Assembly: GCA_044220955.1 (NCBI GenBank)
Contig: JBGAQA010000045.1
Coordinates: 1-53,007 of the forward strand
Direction of reading: 5' to 3'
DNA length: 53,007 nt
DNA from: Sandaracinaceae bacterium
GTDB taxonomy: Bacteria > Myxococcota_A > Polyangia > Polyangiales > Sandaracinaceae
Positions 38,939 to 51,794 of the stretch are shown piece after piece; positions within the stretch are counted from its first letter, which is position 1; the number at the start of each line of letters is the position of its first letter. Below the pieces are notes generated by a model. It was not told the origin of the DNA. It saw nothing but the letters and a program-made list of their open reading frames with translations, and did no database searches. The position numbers were made by a program, and so were the translations under genes.

Positions 38939-40590
38939 CAGAACACCAGCCCGAGGCGGAGGCGAGCCATGCCGACGTCGCCCATCGTCTGGCCGCGGTC
39001 GTCGTCGAACGCGCGCCCCGGGAAGAGGATGCCGCCCTCGAGGCCCAGCTGCAGCTGGAGCCAGTCCGTGAGCGGCCAGTGCGCGCGCAGGCCGGCGTCG
39101 AGCTCGAGGCCGAGGTCGTGGCGGCCGGGGTCGCCGCCGCGGTAGTTGACCGAGCGGGACTCGGCGCGCTGCCGGTAGGGGTCGACGTTGTCGGCGGCGG
39201 TCCACGCGAGCACGCCGCCGATGCGCACGTCGAGCCACTCGATGGGGCGCCAGATCATGTAGGGGAAGAGGTAGAAGGCCCCCGAGACTCCCCCGTTGGT
39301 CGGGATGAGCGTCGCGCCCGGCTGGGCGCGGCCGAAGGTGTCCGGGTCCTGCGCGAGGAAGGCCGCGCGCGCGGTCTGCATCGCGATCACCTCGGGGAAG
39401 AGCACGAGGCCGACGCGGTGATCGGGGTTGAACGTGCCGCGCCGCTCCGCGCCGTCCTCGGTGTTCGAGTCCCCGCTCGCATAGCCGCCCTCGAAGACGA
39501 GGTCGATCTGCTGGTGTCGCCGGCCGAGCTGGATCGCGCCCAGGAACTGCTCCACGTCGGTGCGCGCCCGCGTCGCGGTGCGGGTCAGCGACGTCGCGCC
39601 GCGGAAGTACGCCGCCTCGATCGCGAAGAAGAAGCGGCCGCCCGTCGGCTCGGCGAAGTGCCAGCGCGCGAAGAGGTCGAGCGCGAACACGTCGAGGAAC
39701 GCGTTCTGGTAGTCGTGCTGGGTGCGGTACGCGACGTAGCCGCCGACCTGGTCGTCGCCCTCGCCGTAGAACGCGGCGAGCACGCCCTGGAACGCGGTGT
39801 CGCCGCACGCGGAGGCGCCCGGGTACGGATCCGGCGTGGGGCGCAGGCAGGGGCGCTGCGCGTCGGCGACGAGATCCCACGCGACCCAGTCGCCGGCGAG
39901 CGCGACGGTGAAGGGCGTGCTCTCGCCGAGCGGGCGCGTCGCGAAGAGGGCGCGGCGGACGAGCGAGCCGAACCGGTAGTCGCCGAAGGGCTGCGGCGTC
40001 TGGCCGTCGTTGGCGACGATGCCGAGGCCCCAGCTGAAGGTCATCTGCCCGACCCGGAAGAGGCCGATGGGCGAGCGCCACTCGAGGTAGAGCTGCCGGA
40101 ACCGGATCCCGGGGTAGCCGTACTGATCGCGCGGATAGGCGGCGGGGATCGTGCCGTGGGCGAGCTCGCCGAACGCGACGCCCCAGAGCATGTCCATCTG
40201 CCCGAACAGGGTCAGGAAGGGGACCGGGTGGTGGTTCTCGTCGCGGTGATCGGCGAGCGTCATCGAGAAGCCGGCGCGGAGCCACTGCTCGGCGAACCAG
40301 TTCTGGCCGAGGTTCGGCCCCACCGCCGGCTCTCCTGCGGCGCGCGGCCCGGCGGCCTGGAGCGGGATGTCGCTCATGGCGTTGCCGCGCAGCTGGTACT
40401 CGCCGGGGCCGATGCGGAGGTTGAAGATGAGGCCGTCGCCCTCGATCTCGACGGGTGCCGCGCGGGTGGTCGCCGCAGCGGGCGGGGGCGGGCTCTCGCT
40501 CTCGCTCTCGCTCGCGCTCGCGCTCTCGCTCTCGCTCTCGACCTCGCCCTCGCCCTCGCCCTCGCCCTCGACCTCGCCCTCGCCCTCGCC
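38938..40590 (-). CDS. outer-membrane beta-barrel protein, 5' end (start and signal peptide) missing
   Basis: RVGQM..SWGLGIVANDG, GYASGD, F.PDH.VGL.LF, C-terminal F; begins in an acidic GE/SE repeat with no signal peptide in frame. Confidence 0.7.
   Translation of the reverse strand, partial: GEGEGEVEGEGEGEGEVESESESASASESESESPPPPAAATTRAAPVEIEGDGLIFNLRIGPGEYQLRGNAMSDIPLQAAGPRAAGEPAVGPNLGQNWFAEQWLRAGFSMTLADHRDENHHPVPFLTLFGQMDMLWGVAFGELAHGTIPAAYPRDQYGYPGIRFRQLYLEWRSPIGLFRVGQMTFSWGLGIVANDGQTPQPFGDYRFGSLVRRALFATRPLGESTPFTVALAGDWVAWDLVADAQRPCLRPTPDPYPGASACGDTAFQGVLAAFYGEGDDQVGGYVAYRTQHDYQNAFLDVFALDLFARWHFAEPTGGRFFFAIEAAYFRGATSLTRTATRARTDVEQFLGAIQLGRRHQQIDLVFEGGYASGDSNTEDGAERRGTFNPDHRVGLVLFPEVIAMQTARAAFLAQDPDTFGRAQPGATLIPTNGGVSGAFYLFPYMIWRPIEWLDVRIGGVLAWTAADNVDPYRQRAESRSVNYRGGDPGRHDLGLELDAGLRAHWPLTDWLQLQLGLEGGILFPGRAFDDDRGQTMGDVGMARLRLGLVF
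40493..40590. repeat. hexamer tandem repeats (CTCGCT/CTCGCG/CTCGCC/CTCGAC)n
   Basis: About 16 units read directly; a further (CCCTCG)3 lies at 40923-40940. Confidence 0.85.
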
Positions 40591-40622
40591 CCGCCTCTCG
40601 TCGCCGCGGGCCTGTGACCCTC

Positions 40623-40820
40623 CTATCGCGTCACCCTGACGATCACGCCGATGATGTGGTTCAGGCGCGCGCGGACCGCGCCATCGACGGTCGCGTACCC
40701 GAGCGCCTCGGCCACGTCGAAGCAGGCGGCGACCTCGCGGGCCGACCCGAGCGCAGTCTGGCGCCGCTGCCGCCGGTTCCCGCCCTGTACGCCGTCGCTC
40801 TCGGCGAGGTTGAGCTTGCT
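40623..40820 (-). pseudogene. C-terminal fragment of a four-helix-bundle (23S rRNA IVP/Avd-like) protein
   Basis: LNLAE...ALGSAREVAACFDVAEALGY matches the NIAEG...GSAxE family pattern; the N-terminal half (DQL.R) is absent. Confidence 0.7.
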
Positions 40821-40941
40821 GCGGCAGGCGGCACGAAGTGCCGGCGCTGAACGCGACAAGCCCGTGGGCAGGATGAGGATCCCCGAGCAGAGCGCACACC
40901 CCGATGCGATCTCGGAGCTCGGCCCTCGCCCTCGCCCTCGC

Positions 40942-41748
40942 TCAATCGTCCTGCGCGACCGCGCGCGCGAGGCCGAGGTTCGGCCTCGCCTTCCGCGCGA
41001 GCTCCTTGTCCTTCCGCGCGGCGTCGACGTAGCTCTTCTTCAGCTTCTCGAGCTCGCGGGCGTCGAGCGGCCGCACCTGGCCCGGGCGAAGCCCCTCGGT
41101 CGTGATCCCCGCGAACGAGATGCGGGACAAGCGCAGCACCGGGTGGCCGATCGAGTCGGCCATCCGGTGGATCTGCCGGTTGCGCCCCTCGTAGAGGGTG
41201 ATCGAGAGCCACGTGCAGCGCTCTTCCTCGCGCAGCACGTACACGTCGCACGGCTTGGTCCGCTCGCCGTCGTCGAGCACCACGCCCGTGCGGAGCACCT
41301 CGAGCGCCTTGAGCTCGAGCCGCCCGCGCAGCTTGGCGACGTACTCCTTCGGCACGTCCTTGCGCGGGTGCAGCAGCGCCTCGGTGAGCTCGCCGTCGTT
41401 CGTCGCGAGCAGCGCGCCGCTGGTGTGGAAGTCGAGCCGGCCGATCGGGTACACGCGCGCGCCCGCGTGCGCGAGCAGCTCGCCGATGTGCGGGCGGCCC
41501 TCGGGATCCCTCAGCGTGCTCACCATGCCGCGCGGCTTGTGCATCAGGAGGTAGAGCGGCTTCTCCGCGACCACGCGCTTGCCGTCGACGTCGATGCGGT
41601 CGTTCCGCGGATCGGCCGACGCGCCGAGCTCGTCCACGATGCGGCCGTTCACGCGGACGCGCCGCTCGACGATGAGCTGCTCGGCCGCACGGCGTGACGC
41701 GACGCCGGCGTGCGCCAGGATCTTCTGGAGGCGCTCTTTCTTCGCCAC
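40942..41748 (-). CDS. rluB: 23S rRNA pseudouridine synthase (RluB/RsuA family)
   Basis: S4 domain ERLQKILAHAGVASRR, GRLD catalytic motif, EGRNRQI. Confidence 0.9.
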   Translation of the reverse strand: MAKKERLQKILAHAGVASRRAAEQLIVERRVRVNGRIVDELGASADPRNDRIDVDGKRVVAEKPLYLLMHKPRGMVSTLRDPEGRPHIGELLAHAGARVYPIGRLDFHTSGALLATNDGELTEALLHPRKDVPKEYVAKLRGRLELKALEVLRTGVVLDDGERTKPCDVYVLREEERCTWLSITLYEGRNRQIHRMADSIGHPVLRLSRISFAGITTEGLRPGQVRPLDARELEKLKKSYVDAARKDKELARKARPNLGLARAVAQDD

Positions 41749-41751
41749 GCG

Positions 41752-42495
41752 TCAGCCGGACGAGCCGGACGGAGTCGCCGACGCGGTGCCGCCACCCGTG
41801 CTGGGCGGGGCCGCCGCCGCGGCGCCCGTGGACTCGTCGCCCGGCGCTGGCGCGAACTCGTGATCCCGGTCCCAGCGATCGACGCGGCCGTCGCCGTCGA
41901 GGTCGGTGCCCATGCGGACCATCCGGCCGTCCTCGTAGTACTCCCAGCGGTCGGGGTGCCACTCGCTCGGCGTGCTGCGCCCGGCGAGGTCGCGCTCGGT
42001 GCGCGTCGGGTGCCCCTCGTCGTCGTAGTAGACCTTGCTGTCGACGCGGCCGTCGCCGTTCTCGTCGAGCTCCTGGCGGACGATGTGGCCGTCCTGGAAG
42101 ATGGTGATCGTGTCCAGGTTGCCGTCGAAGTCGCGATCGGCCTCCTCGCGCAGCGGCCGGCCTTCGTCGTTGTAGTAGCGGACGACGTCCTTGGTGCCGT
42201 CGCCGTTGAGGTCGCTCTCGCGGCACGCGAGGACCAGGCGGGTGAGAGGAGGATCTCCCACCCGACGGAACACGCGACGCACGTCCGGGGTCGAGTCGCC
42301 CGAGGTGTCGTACTCGCTGATCTCGGTGCCGGCCGCGCTGGTGTCGCAGCGGGCGTGGTCGTCGACCGGCTCGTGCGTCGCGTCGCTGCTGGCGTGGCTC
42401 GATCGCCGCCGCGCGTGCTGCTGGGTCTGTCCGCCGCACGCCCCGATCCCACCGAGCGCGAGCACGACCGCGAGCCAGCTGAGCGCTCGCATCAT
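41752..42495 (-). CDS. lipoprotein with DxDxDG repeats
   Basis: IGAC lipobox; DLNGDG, DRDFDG, DENGDG, DLDGDG. Confidence 0.8.
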   Translation of the reverse strand: MMRALSWLAVVLALGGIGACGGQTQQHARRRSSHASSDATHEPVDDHARCDTSAAGTEISEYDTSGDSTPDVRRVFRRVGDPPLTRLVLACRESDLNGDGTKDVVRYYNDEGRPLREEADRDFDGNLDTITIFQDGHIVRQELDENGDGRVDSKVYYDDEGHPTRTERDLAGRSTPSEWHPDRWEYYEDGRMVRMGTDLDGDGRVDRWDRDHEFAPAPGDESTGAAAAAPPSTGGGTASATPSGSSG

Positions 42496-43391
42496 GGCGT
42501 CGTCCCCCCGGCCGTCGTCGCCGACCCGTCCGCGCCCGTCCCCGTGTCCGCCGTCGTCGCCGTGTCGGTCCCGGTCGCGGCCGCGGTCGCCGGATCCGGC
42601 GGTGGCGGCGGCGGCGCGGCTCCGCCGGAGGTCGGAGGCGCCAGCGCAGCGGCCTGCGCGCCGTCGCAGCTGAGCGCGCCCTCCGCGGTGCCCGCCGACC
42701 CCGGCGGGACGTCCTCGTTCTGGTCGGCGGTGCCGTCCGCGTTCGTGTCGCGCCGGACCTGCGAGAGGCGGCCGCTCGTGAACTCCTCCCAGCGATCGGG
42801 CTGCTGGTCGTTGTTGTCGTCGTAGCGGGCCTCGGTGATCACGCCCTCCGTGAACTCCTCCCACGTGTCGGTGTGGCCGTTGTGGCGGCGATCCCGCTCG
42901 CTGCGGAGCAGCATCCCGTCGGGGGTGCACCAGAGATAGGTGTCGATGATGTTGTCGAAGTTGGTGTCGAGCTCGGTCCGCGCGACGAGGCCGTTCTCGA
43001 AGTAGGCGATCTGATCCAGCCGGCCGTCGAAGTCGAAGTCGTGCTCCTCGCGGACGATGCTGGTGCCGTCGGGGCCGAAGAACCGGGCGATGTCGATGTC
43101 GCCGTCGAAGTTCATGTCGAACTGCACGCAGCGCTCGGTGGTGCCGTCGTACACGTGCCGGATGTCGGGCGTGCCGTCGTTGTTGACGTCGGTCGCGACC
43201 ACGCGCTGCCCGTTACCGTCGCACTGCTGCCGGACGGCCTCGTCCCCGCGCGAGCCGTGCGGAGTCTCCGCGACCCGGGCGCCGGAGGCGTCGCGGCTCG
43301 GGCCGCCGCAGCCGGCGACGCCGAGCAGGCCAGCCACGAGAGACACCGAGCCGAGGCGGCCCACCCACCCAATCGAAGACGTGCGCCGCAT
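42492..43391 (-). CDS. lipoprotein with DxDxDG repeats (paralogue of the downstream gene)
   Basis: VAGC lipobox; seven D-x-[DN]-x-[DN]-G-like units about 22 aa apart; ATGA overlap. Confidence 0.8.
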   Translation of the reverse strand: MRRTSSIGWVGRLGSVSLVAGLLGVAGCGGPSRDASGARVAETPHGSRGDEAVRQQCDGNGQRVVATDVNNDGTPDIRHVYDGTTERCVQFDMNFDGDIDIARFFGPDGTSIVREEHDFDFDGRLDQIAYFENGLVARTELDTNFDNIIDTYLWCTPDGMLLRSERDRRHNGHTDTWEEFTEGVITEARYDDNNDQQPDRWEEFTSGRLSQVRRDTNADGTADQNEDVPPGSAGTAEGALSCDGAQAAALAPPTSGGAAPPPPPPDPATAAATGTDTATTADTGTGADGSATTAGGTTP

Positions 43392-43471
43392 GTCGAGCGG
43401 GCACAGCATACGCGCGGCCCCCGGGGCCCCGCAACCAACACAAGCGCGCGGAATGCCGGGGCTCTCGCGAT

Positions 43472-43500
43472 TTGACCGTACGTATGTTGGCACGTAAGGT
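43472..43500 (+). promoter_or_regulatory. sigma70-type promoter for the RHH gene and lepA
   Basis: TTGACC-17 bp-TAAGGT, 15 bp before ATG at 43516. Confidence 0.65.
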
Positions 43501-43515
43501 CACGGCGGAGCGCCG

Positions 43516-43716
43516 ATGGCCCGCAAGAAGATCTCCACGACCGTCTATTTCACGCCGGAGCAGACCGAGCAGCTGCGCCTGTTGAACGAGCGTACCAAGG
43601 TGCCGGTCGCCGTGTACATCCGGGAGGGCATCGATCTCGTGCTCGCGAAGTACTCGCACGAGCTGCCCGGGCAGCTGACGCTCGACGCACCCCGCCCCGC
43701 CGGACTGCGGCGCTGA
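43516..43716 (+). CDS. ribbon-helix-helix DNA-binding protein
   Basis: KISTTVYF beta strand followed by two helices (VPVAVYIREGIDLVL); GGAG RBS. Confidence 0.85.
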   Translation: MARKKISTTVYFTPEQTEQLRLLNERTKVPVAVYIREGIDLVLAKYSHELPGQLTLDAPRPAGLRR

Positions 43717-43779
43717 GGGCGGGGGGCTGGCGATTCCTCGTTGCTCCGCGGCCGCCTGCCGCACATATCCGGTGCCCCC

Positions 43780-45581
<1,802 letters not shown>

Positions 45582-45585
<4 letters not shown>

Positions 45586-45917
45586 GCGGCGGCGATCCGG
45601 CTCCTGCCCGGCTCTCGCGCGGCGAGGCTGCCGCCGGCCCGCCGCGGACGGCCCGATGGCTCGCGCTCGCCGTGCTCTCGATGCCGGTGCTCTATCTCTC
45701 CCTGTACCTCGTGGCGCGGGCGTCGCACCTCGTGGTCCATCGGGTGAGCATCTCGGGACCGATGCACCAGATCGTCCCCGGCGAGGACTGCGCCGCGCGG
45801 CGCCTGCTCTGCGGGCGGTCCTCGCCCTGTCCGGCGAGCACCGAGGCGCTGCCGCGGATCTTCGCGCCGCTCCTCTGGATCGAGGTCGTCGGGCGCAACG
45901 TGCTGGCGTACCTCTGA
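45582..45917 (+). CDS. small membrane protein
   Basis: TTG overlaps the lepA stop; hydrophobic helix [20 protein letters not shown]-terminal IFAPLLWIE. Confidence 0.55.
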
Positions 45918-46025
45918 TCGCCCGCGGTCCCGAGGCGGGTCGGCGCTGGCTTTCCAGACGCTGTGGAACGCGAGCCCCCCCGAAGACCGGATCGCGCAGG
46001 ACGACGACGGCGGCGCGTCGGGAAC

Positions 46026-46136
46026 ATGGCGTGCCCGGCGAGCTGCCAGTGCTGCGACGGGACGTGGCGAGCACGGGCGAGCGGCTGCCGCGCCTGCACC
46101 TGCGTGGAGTCCACGGGCGCGACCGGCTGCCGCTGA
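46026..46136 (+). CDS. 36-aa Cys-rich peptide or gene remnant
   Basis: MACPASCQCCDGTWRARASGCRACTCVESTGATGCR; 8 Cys, all TGC codons; no clear RBS. Confidence 0.35.
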   Translation: MACPASCQCCDGTWRARASGCRACTCVESTGATGCR

Positions 46137-46178
46137 GCGCTGAGCGGCGCTTCGAATCGTGGTAAGCGCTCGGGCGAG

Positions 46179-48866
<2,688 letters not shown>

Positions 48867-48887
48867 CCCGCGCGGACGGGCGCGGCG

Positions 48888-50765
48888 TCAGGGCAAGACG
48901 ACGCAGGCCTCGAGCGCGCGAACGCGGATGGAACGCGTCGTCGTCGTCCCGCCGCTGGCCCGCTCCACGCTGCCGGCGACCACGACGCGGCCGACTCCGG
49001 CGTGGCCCGTGCCGTCGTCGTAGAAGCCGGCCTCGAGATCCAGGCCGACGAAGCTCTCACCGGCGGCCGCGTGAAGGATGGGCATCCTCGGCGCGTCCTC
49101 GACCGTGCTCGACGGGTCGACGTCGACGGAGATCGCCGCGAGGAACACGTCCCCGCCGTCCTGGTAGACGACGAACGCGTGGGTGTCGTCCACGATCCCG
49201 ACCGCGACCCCGGCCGCGCCGTTCAGGTGGGGCGTGGGCCCGAGGTCGAGCTCGTGCACGGTGAGACCGGGGGCGCTCAGGTGCGCGGCCGTCGAGTCCC
49301 CCGTCGCCGGGCTGGGCCAGCTCCAGCGGACGATCGCGAGGCGACCGAAGGGGGGCATGGTCGTCGAGGCGACCGGGACCACCGCGATGAAGCGCTCGAG
49401 GCCCAGGCTGGCGCGCGACGCGAGGTCGCCCCGGAACTGCGGGAGCACCTGCTGCACGGGCGCCGTCGAGGTCAGCGCGGACAGATCGACGGTCGAGGGC
49501 GAGCGGCTGGGCTCGGTCCCGTTCCAGACGCCGATCGCGCTCGGGGACGCGGCCCAGATGACGGCGCTCTCGGCCCCGGCCATCCACGTGCCCCCGATGA
49601 CGTTCGCGCCGCCCGTCCGCGCGCTCTCGCCGGGCGCGCCCGCCACCAGGTACGGCGCGCTGCCGGAGCTGAGAATGCCGACGATGGACGGCACGTTCGC
49701 CGCGTTGACGCCCGCGACGCTGACCCCCGCGCCACCGGCCAGCGGCAGATCCGAGTACGCCGAGGTCATCACGCCTCCGAACGCCTGGGGAGGGTGGCCG
49801 AGCGTGGCCACGCGCATGCCCATGTTGGCCCTCCCCGCGACCTCCACCACCGAGAGCACCAGCTGCTGGCTGCCCGAAGAGCCTCCGAACGACGACGTCG
49901 TGCGCGTGAAGGACGCCTGCCCGACCTGCAGGTCGTTGAACAGGATCTCGGGCGTGCCCGGGGCCCCGTCGAGCTGGAGCGGGACGCCGTACACGATCCG
50001 GTTGGACCCGTCGCTGCCGACGAAGCCCACGAAGCCGCCCCCGACGCCGGAGGGCATCAGCGGCTGATCATCCCCCGCGCCCACCCAGATGGGGCCGGCA
50101 ATGATGGTGTTCGGACTGAGATCCTCGAAGAGCACGTGCTCGGTGCTGACGCCCACCTCCGTCACGCCCGCTCCGGCGATGTCGAACGCGATCGGAAGCG
50201 TGCAGGACTCCACGGTCGGCGTCGAGCAGTCGGGGCGCGCAAGCGGGTGGACGGTGTTGTTGTCGTCGTTGCAGTCCTCGCCGTCGAGGTGCCCGGGCCG
50301 GGCGCAGCGCACCGCGGGCGCGCCGGCGGCGAAGTAGCCGTCGTCGTCGTTGTCGCACTTCGAGCACATCGTGCCGTTGCAGAAGTACTCGGCCGGACAC
50401 TGGGTGCTGGCGCTGCACCCGCACGTGTGACCGGCGCTGTCGCAGACGCCGACGCCCATGCAGTCGGCGTCCTCGTCGCACCCGCTGAAGCACAGGCCCA
50501 TCCCCGTGTCGCACCACTGCCCCACGGGGCAGTCGGTCGGCCGGGTGCACGCGGTGCTGAAGGCGTCGTTGTCGTTCGCGTCGTCGGGGGGCGCGCCCAT
50601 GTCGATCGGTGTGCCGGTGTCGGCGGGCGGGGCGCTGGTGTCCTCGGGCACACCCGCGTCGTTCCGTGCTCCGCCCTGGTACTGCGAGCCGCGATAGACG
50701 ATGGAGCAGCCGGCGCTCGAGACGCCCAGCGCGGCGAAGACCAAGAAGAGAAGCGTGGTGCGCAT
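48888..50765 (-). CDS. Cys-rich lipoprotein with putative metal-binding motif
   Basis: SAGC lipobox; C..D.DC repeats; DNDDDGY...DCNDDNNTVHP; TGATG coupling with the upstream gene. Confidence 0.75.
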   Translation of the reverse strand: MRTTLLFLVFAALGVSSAGCSIVYRGSQYQGGARNDAGVPEDTSAPPADTGTPIDMGAPPDDANDNDAFSTACTRPTDCPVGQWCDTGMGLCFSGCDEDADCMGVGVCDSAGHTCGCSASTQCPAEYFCNGTMCSKCDNDDDGYFAAGAPAVRCARPGHLDGEDCNDDNNTVHPLARPDCSTPTVESCTLPIAFDIAGAGVTEVGVSTEHVLFEDLSPNTIIAGPIWVGAGDDQPLMPSGVGGGFVGFVGSDGSNRIVYGVPLQLDGAPGTPEILFNDLQVGQASFTRTTSSFGGSSGSQQLVLSVVEVAGRANMGMRVATLGHPPQAFGGVMTSAYSDLPLAGGAGVSVAGVNAANVPSIVGILSSGSAPYLVAGAPGESARTGGANVIGGTWMAGAESAVIWAASPSAIGVWNGTEPSRSPSTVDLSALTSTAPVQQVLPQFRGDLASRASLGLERFIAVVPVASTTMPPFGRLAIVRWSWPSPATGDSTAAHLSAPGLTVHELDLGPTPHLNGAAGVAVGIVDDTHAFVVYQDGGDVFLAAISVDVDPSSTVEDAPRMPILHAAAGESFVGLDLEAGFYDDGTGHAGVGRVVVAGSVERASGGTTTTRSIRVRALEACVVLP

Positions 50766-51676
50766 CAGAACGTCCCTTCGATGGAGAGGCTGCCCGGGCC
50801 GACCCGCAGCCGCGCGTGCGGAGAAGAGTCGCTGCTGCCGCCGCCGCCGCCCGGGTTCACGATCAAGAGGACGAGGCCGGCCGTCGCGCCGACGAGCGAG
50901 AAGGCCCACATCAGGTCGGAGACCAGCGCGAGCGTCTGCAGGTGCTGCAGCTGCGGATCGGTGCACGTGCGGGAGGCCGCGCAGGGGAGCATGCCCACGC
51001 GCCCGTCTTCCGCGACCGTGAGTCCGCTGACGACGCCCGCGGTGACGAGCGCCGCGCCCGCGACGGAGAAGGCGACGATCGCCCCGACGTTGAGCGACTC
51101 GCCCCCGCCGGACGAGCTGGACCCCGTGCCCGTGTCGCCCGTGTCGCCCGTGTCGCCCGTGCCCGTCGCGCCCGTGCCCGTCTCGCCGGTGCCAGTCGCG
51201 CCGGCGCCAGTCGCGCCGGTGCCAGTCGCGCCGGTGCCGGTCTCGCCGGTGCCAGTCCCGCTCGTCCCCGTCTCGCCCGGGCCTTCGTCCGTGTCGGGCG
51301 GTGGCGCCGCCCCCGTCTGCTGCGCAGCCAGGCGCGCCCGCAGGTTCTCGAGCCGGGTCTCGAGGCTCGCGCGATTGGCGATCTCCGTGACGTCGTGCAG
51401 GTAGCGGTCGAGGTAGTCGATGGCGTTGGCGAGATCGCCGAGCTGCTGGTAGCAGAGGGAGAGGTTGTAGAAGAGCTGCGACCGGTGGCTCAGGCGATAC
51501 GCCTCGAGGAACTCCCGGAGCGCAGAGTCGTAGTTGGCCTGCTCGTAGTACGAAGCGGCGACCTGGAAGTGCGCATGCGCCTGGTCGTCGTCGCTCGTCT
51601 GAGCGGCCACCGAGGCCGGAAAGACGAACGCCGCACCGAGCGTGAGCAAGCAAGCAGCGAGGATCGGACGAGCCAC
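50765..51676 (-). CDS. TPR protein with Gly/Thr linker and C-terminal hydrophobic helices
   Basis: Signal peptide, AHAHFQ...YNLSLCYQQLG TPRs, C-terminal IEGTF; GGGGAGG RBS. Confidence 0.8.
   Translation of the reverse strand: MARPILAACLLTLGAAFVFPASVAAQTSDDDQAHAHFQVAASYYEQANYDSALREFLEAYRLSHRSQLFYNLSLCYQQLGDLANAIDYLDRYLHDVTEIANRASLETRLENLRARLAAQQTGAAPPPDTDEGPGETGTSGTGTGETGTGATGTGATGAGATGTGETGTGATGTGDTGDTGDTGTGSSSSGGGESLNVGAIVAFSVAGAALVTAGVVSGLTVAEDGRVGMLPCAASRTCTDPQLQHLQTLALVSDLMWAFSLVGATAGLVLLIVNPGGGGGSSDSSPHARLRVGPGSLSIEGTF
51121..51278. repeat. coding 9- and 15-bp tandem repeats (TG[ADE]TG linker)
   Basis: (CCCGTGTCG)3 and GCCGGTGCCAGTCGC-like units. Confidence 0.7.
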
Positions 51677-51794
51677 ACGGACCTCCCCTTCAGTCGGCCT
51701 GATGATACGCCGAGGCCAAACGCCCACGCCACCCGGACCACCGACCTTCGACGTCCCTTGCGGACAGGGCCGCCACCGCGTCACGCTCCGCGGG

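Noticed and set aside
40623..40859. Avd-like protein as a sign of a diversity-generating retroelement
   Set aside because: No reverse transcriptase and no TR/VR repeat pair seen; the gene is only a fragment.
38938..40899. Barrel gene starting at GTG 40899 as in the ORF track
   Set aside because: The extension has no signal peptide and overlaps the four-helix-bundle fragment in another frame.
43516..43716. Calling the RHH protein CdbA/CdbB
   Set aside because: It lacks the KQSLYFP-type N-terminus I associate with that family; left as a generic RHH.
51121..51278. CRISPR-like or non-coding repeat array (also 40493-40590)
   Set aside because: Short in-frame tandem units without unique spacers; no cas genes.
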